This document shows positions 25,264-28,622 of a DNA stretch of 28,622 nt, in pieces. The notes beneath the pieces were generated by a model. It was not told where the DNA came from. It ran no database searches and saw only the letters and a list, made by a program, of their open reading frames with translations. This stretch comes from a virus (taxonomy: Duplodnaviria; Caudoviricetes), in the IMG/VR virus record IMGVR_UViG_3300039918_000018, positions 1 through 28,622 of that record; one strand, written 5' to 3'. Both the position numbers and the translations under genes were made by a program. Within the stretch, counting starts at the first letter, position 1. Each line of letters starts with the position of its first letter.

Positions 25264-25896
25264 TTGGCCAATATCGTGACTTCGCAGACGCGCATCGCCA
25301 ATCGCGCCTTCGTGCTGCTCGGATCGGTCGAGCGCATCACCCATGTCGATGACGGATTGCCGCTGGCCGAACAGGTGAAGGATCTGTGGCATGAGAGCCG
25401 GCGGGAGATTTTTTCCCTCCATCCGTGGAATTGCCTGATCCGCCGCGCCCGGCTGAACAAGGCGGGTGCGCCAGCCTTCGGTTATAGCGGCATGTTTCAG
25501 CTGCCATCCGACTGCCTGCGCTGGTTGCCCTGGTCGCTGGACGATTGCGAGCATTTCGAGGGCGAGGAGGAAGGCGGGTTCCTGCTGACCGACGCGACCG
25601 CCCCAGCCATTCGCTACATCGCCGATGTCGAGGATGTGACCAAATGGTCGGTCCACCTTCAGACATTGATGGCCTACAAGCTGGCGGTCGACCTGTGCGA
25701 GAGCGCGACGCAGATCGCCGGCAACGTGCAGGAAGCGCGCGTCAAATATGAGGGCGTCAACGGCGACGGCGGTTATCTTGCCGAGGCCCGCAGGCTGGAC
25801 GGTCTCGCGAGCGGCAAGAGGAGCAACGACAGCGCGCTGGCCGGGTCCAGATGGCTGGCGGGATATTCCGGCCACCGTCGCGCGCCGGGGATGTAA
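25264..25896 (+). CDS. Tail adaptor (tail tubular protein A-like)
   Basis: IANRAFVLLG, HPWNC and FQLPSDCLR motifs; TTG start with GGAGG RBS. Confidence 0.85.
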   Translation: MANIVTSQTRIANRAFVLLGSVERITHVDDGLPLAEQVKDLWHESRREIFSLHPWNCLIRRARLNKAGAPAFGYSGMFQLPSDCLRWLPWSLDDCEHFEGEEEGGFLLTDATAPAIRYIADVEDVTKWSVHLQTLMAYKLAVDLCESATQIAGNVQEARVKYEGVNGDGGYLAEARRLDGLASGKRSNDSALAGSRWLAGYSGHRRAPGM

Positions 25897-25902
25897 TCGC
25901 CC

Positions 25903-28203
25903 ATGTCCCGCGTGTCCCCGATCCAGACCAATTTCAACGGCGGCGAACTGTCGCCGTTCATGTTGGGGCGGATCGACCATGAAGTCTATCCGATCTCGAC
26001 CGCCGCCATGGTCGGCTTCGTCCCGCGCCCGCAAGGCGGCATGGAAGCCTGCCCCGGCTTCGAATTTATCGGCAAGGCGGCCGGGCCGTGCCGCCTGATC
26101 CCGTTCGAGCCTTATGTGACGCAGGGACACGTCATAGAAGCATCGGCCAACCTGTTCCGCTTCTACACCAATGACGTGCTGCTGATGGACGGGGACAGCG
26201 CTGTGTCCGTCGCCACGCCCTATGATTATGCATCGGTGCTGGAACTCAATACGACGCAAAGCAACGATGTCGTCTATCTGTTCCATGGCGGTTTCCAGCA
26301 AAGGCGGCTGATCCGCAACGGCGCCACCGACTTCACGCTGGAAACGCTGGAGCTGGAAAACGGCCCGTTCGCCGACCGCAACAATGACGAGGCGAAGCTG
26401 GTCAGCTTTTCCGGTGTGACAGGGGACGTGGTAATAACCTGCACGCATCCGATCTTTGAGGCAGGCGATGTCGGTGGCCTGTTCGAAGTCGAGGCAAGCG
26501 ACCTTAGCCGTGTGCCCAGCTGGGAACCCGGCATCACCGTCACCTATGGCGATCTGCTGCAATGGAATGGCCGCGTCTACCAGGTCGTGGGCTATGGCGT
26601 GTCGGCCAAGACAGGCACGGTGCAGCCGTTCCATTCGCGCGGCGTGGAATGGGACGGCATCGGCAAGGGCAAGGACATCAACAACAAGGACGCCGGGGGG
26701 GTCCAGCTTGCCTATCTGCACGATATGTTCGGCCGGTTGAAGATTACGGGCTATATCAGTCCGACGCAGGTCAATGCCGTCGTAACCCGTCGCCTGCCCC
26801 TGACCGTCGCCAGCTCAGTCAACTATGGCGGCTATTATAATTATGGCGGCTATGTCCCCGGCGGCGGATTCGATCCGGGCGATTATGAATATGAGCCAGG
26901 GGGCGGCGGCACCTACACGGACGGGACGTGGCGATGGCGCTTCGGGGCTTTCTCCCCGCGTCGGGGCTGGCCGCAAGGCGGTGTGATCTACGACCAGCGG
27001 CTTTATCTGTGGAAAGACGACACCGTCTATGCCTCCATTGCCGGCGCGTTGCACGACTTCGACCGGCTGGACGAGAATGGCGACGCAACAACGGATTCGG
27101 CCTTCACCGGTACGATCGACAATCCGAACCCCATCCGCTGGATGCTGGCGGGTAGCGAACTGTTCGTGGGCACGGCGATCGGCGAGCATGTGTTGCGCGC
27201 CGCGAGCCAGGCCAAGGGCATCGGCTATGACAATGTGAAGCTGGCGGGCCAGACGAACGCGGGATCCGCGCGCGTGCGCCCGATCGAGAAAGACGGTCGG
27301 CCGATCTTCCTCCAGCGCAATGGCCGGAAGCTGTTGATGATGTTCGAGGAACGGGTCGAGAAATATACGACGGAAGACCTGACGCGCTACGCCGACCATA
27401 TCGCCAATTCCGCCTTCGTAGAATTCTGCTGGCAGCGCGAGCCATTGCAGCTGATCTGGGCGGTGCGCGAGGATGGATCGCTGGTCTGCGCGGATTCGAT
27501 GCCAAGCGAGCAGGTGCTGGGCTGGATGCGCCGCCCGCTGGCGGAGGGACTGGCCGCACGGTCGATCTGTTCCATTACCGAACCGGGCGGGCGCTATGAG
27601 CAGCTGTGGTGCGTGGCGCAAAAGGGCGGAGAGTGGTGGGTGATGGCGATGGCGCCGTTCCGCCTGCCCGGCCAGAGCGATCCGACCGCCATCATGGCGG
27701 ACGCGGCGCTGCGCTACATCGGCGTGCCAGTGGGGCAGGTGCAGGCCGCGCATCTGGCCGGCATGACAGTGGACGTGGTCGCGGACGGCGCGTGGCTGGG
27801 CCGTCTGGACGCCGATGAAGATGGCTGGATCGCGTTGGGCCGGCAGGCGGAGGACGTGACGGTCGGCCTGCCGTTTCCGGCCTATGTGGACCTGTTGCCG
27901 ATTGAGGCCGGCGGCGACAATGGGCCAGCGCAGGGCAAGATGAAGCGCAACGGGCGCATCCTCGTCCGCGTCCATGACAGCCTGGGCCTGCGCCTGACGG
28001 TGCAGGGCGCGGCAGCACGAAATCTGGAAAACCAGATGGGCAACAGCCCCATGGACAGCGCTCTGCCGCTCCACACGGGGGACATCATCAACGACATGGT
28101 AGGGACGTGGGACCGCGCCGGCCAGGTGCGGCTGGAGCGGATCGCGCCCAAGCAATGCACGGTGCTGGCGATCGGCATCACCACCGACGTTGCCCAGCGA
28201 TGA
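25903..28203 (+). CDS. Tail nozzle (tail tubular protein B-like)
   Basis: QTNFNGGELSP...GRID, beta-propeller-like repeats, QGKMKR near the C-terminus; 766 aa. Confidence 0.88.
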   Translation: MSRVSPIQTNFNGGELSPFMLGRIDHEVYPISTAAMVGFVPRPQGGMEACPGFEFIGKAAGPCRLIPFEPYVTQGHVIEASANLFRFYTNDVLLMDGDSAVSVATPYDYASVLELNTTQSNDVVYLFHGGFQQRRLIRNGATDFTLETLELENGPFADRNNDEAKLVSFSGVTGDVVITCTHPIFEAGDVGGLFEVEASDLSRVPSWEPGITVTYGDLLQWNGRVYQVVGYGVSAKTGTVQPFHSRGVEWDGIGKGKDINNKDAGGVQLAYLHDMFGRLKITGYISPTQVNAVVTRRLPLTVASSVNYGGYYNYGGYVPGGGFDPGDYEYEPGGGGTYTDGTWRWRFGAFSPRRGWPQGGVIYDQRLYLWKDDTVYASIAGALHDFDRLDENGDATTDSAFTGTIDNPNPIRWMLAGSELFVGTAIGEHVLRAASQAKGIGYDNVKLAGQTNAGSARVRPIEKDGRPIFLQRNGRKLLMMFEERVEKYTTEDLTRYADHIANSAFVEFCWQREPLQLIWAVREDGSLVCADSMPSEQVLGWMRRPLAEGLAARSICSITEPGGRYEQLWCVAQKGGEWWVMAMAPFRLPGQSDPTAIMADAALRYIGVPVGQVQAAHLAGMTVDVVADGAWLGRLDADEDGWIALGRQAEDVTVGLPFPAYVDLLPIEAGGDNGPAQGKMKRNGRILVRVHDSLGLRLTVQGAAARNLENQMGNSPMDSALPLHTGDIINDMVGTWDRAGQVRLERIAPKQCTVLAIGITTDVAQR

Positions 28204-28622
28204 TCCGCATCGCGCCCTATGTCCCCGGCGACGCAGCAAGCGTGACGCCGCAGGATGCGCAGCTGCGCGACTGGCCCATCGACCTGCGGCCGCACCTGGC
28301 CGCCATGGCGGCGAAGGGGCGCGCCTTCACTCTGCGCGCGGACGGGCGCGTACTGGCGATCGTCGGTCTGCTGGAGGTCCATCGTGGGGCCGCGACGGGC
28401 TGGGCGGTGATGGCGCAGGGTTGCTGGGGGCATATGGGCGAGCTGACCCGCATCGTGCGCCAATATCTGGACGATCAGCCCTATCGCCGGATCGACATGC
28501 TGGTGCGGGCCGACTTCGCCGCCGGGCATCGCTGGGCGCGGCGGCTGGGCTTCGCGCGCGAAGCGACTTTGCGGGCGTGGAGCCCGGACGGGGGAGACAT
28601 GGTGATGTTCGCGCGGTTCAGG
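28200..28622 (+). CDS. GNAT-fold virion protein (T7 gp13-like position), truncated by the window end; absent from the ORF track
   Basis: ATGA overlap; [11 protein letters not shown]...[46 protein letters not shown]. Confidence 0.75.
   Translation, partial: MIRIAPYVPGDAASVTPQDAQLRDWPIDLRPHLAAMAAKGRAFTLRADGRVLAIVGLLEVHRGAATGWAVMAQGCWGHMGELTRIVRQYLDDQPYRRIDMLVRADFAAGHRWARRLGFAREATLRAWSPDGGDMVMFARFR

Larger units (their letters stand above)
1..28622. mobile_element. Temperate podovirus-type phage/prophage genome (partial; continues beyond right end)
   Basis: Integrase, cI/cro-like pair, primase/helicase, terminase, T7-like portal, scaffold, capsid and tail tubular proteins in canonical order; no host housekeeping genes seen. 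Confidence 0.97.

Noticed and set aside
20513-28239. Long minus-strand ORFs (425, 350, 674 and 474 aa)
   Set aside because: Antisense shadows of high-GC3 structural genes
1-28622. Diversity-generating retroelement, retron or recognisable defence system, as found in some BPP-1-like phages
   Set aside because: No reverse transcriptase, TR/VR repeat pair or nuclease partner for the MTases is visible in this window

Overview
The window holds the left ~28.6 kb of a GC-rich temperate podovirus-type phage (T7-like virion module with BPP-1/epsilon15-style gene order). The host is probably an alphaproteobacterium, inferred from a perfect GTTC-N7-GTTC LexA box and the GC content. Gene order: attachment region (5' fragment of a tRNA-Gln-like gene with its own promoter, plus arm-type repeats), tyrosine integrase, a long leftward early operon of small coupled ORFs including an adenine-MTase-like gene, a cI/cro-like switch with a dispersed 19-bp operator family, split primase and helicase, a regulatory cassette, a second leftward operon with a C5-MTase-like gene, an iteron-rich non-coding region (likely origin), then terminase, portal, scaffold, capsid, decoration, tail adaptor, nozzle and a GNAT-fold virion protein truncated by the window end. 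The best candidate for an under-described system is the cassette at 12.07-13.9 kb. There a LexA-boxed, apparently leaderless Zn-ribbon gene and a C4-antisense-RNA-gated BRO gene converge on one terminator, beside a signal-peptide moron, and the phage repressor has no self-cleavage domain. All functional calls come from motif recognition by eye; no database search was run.
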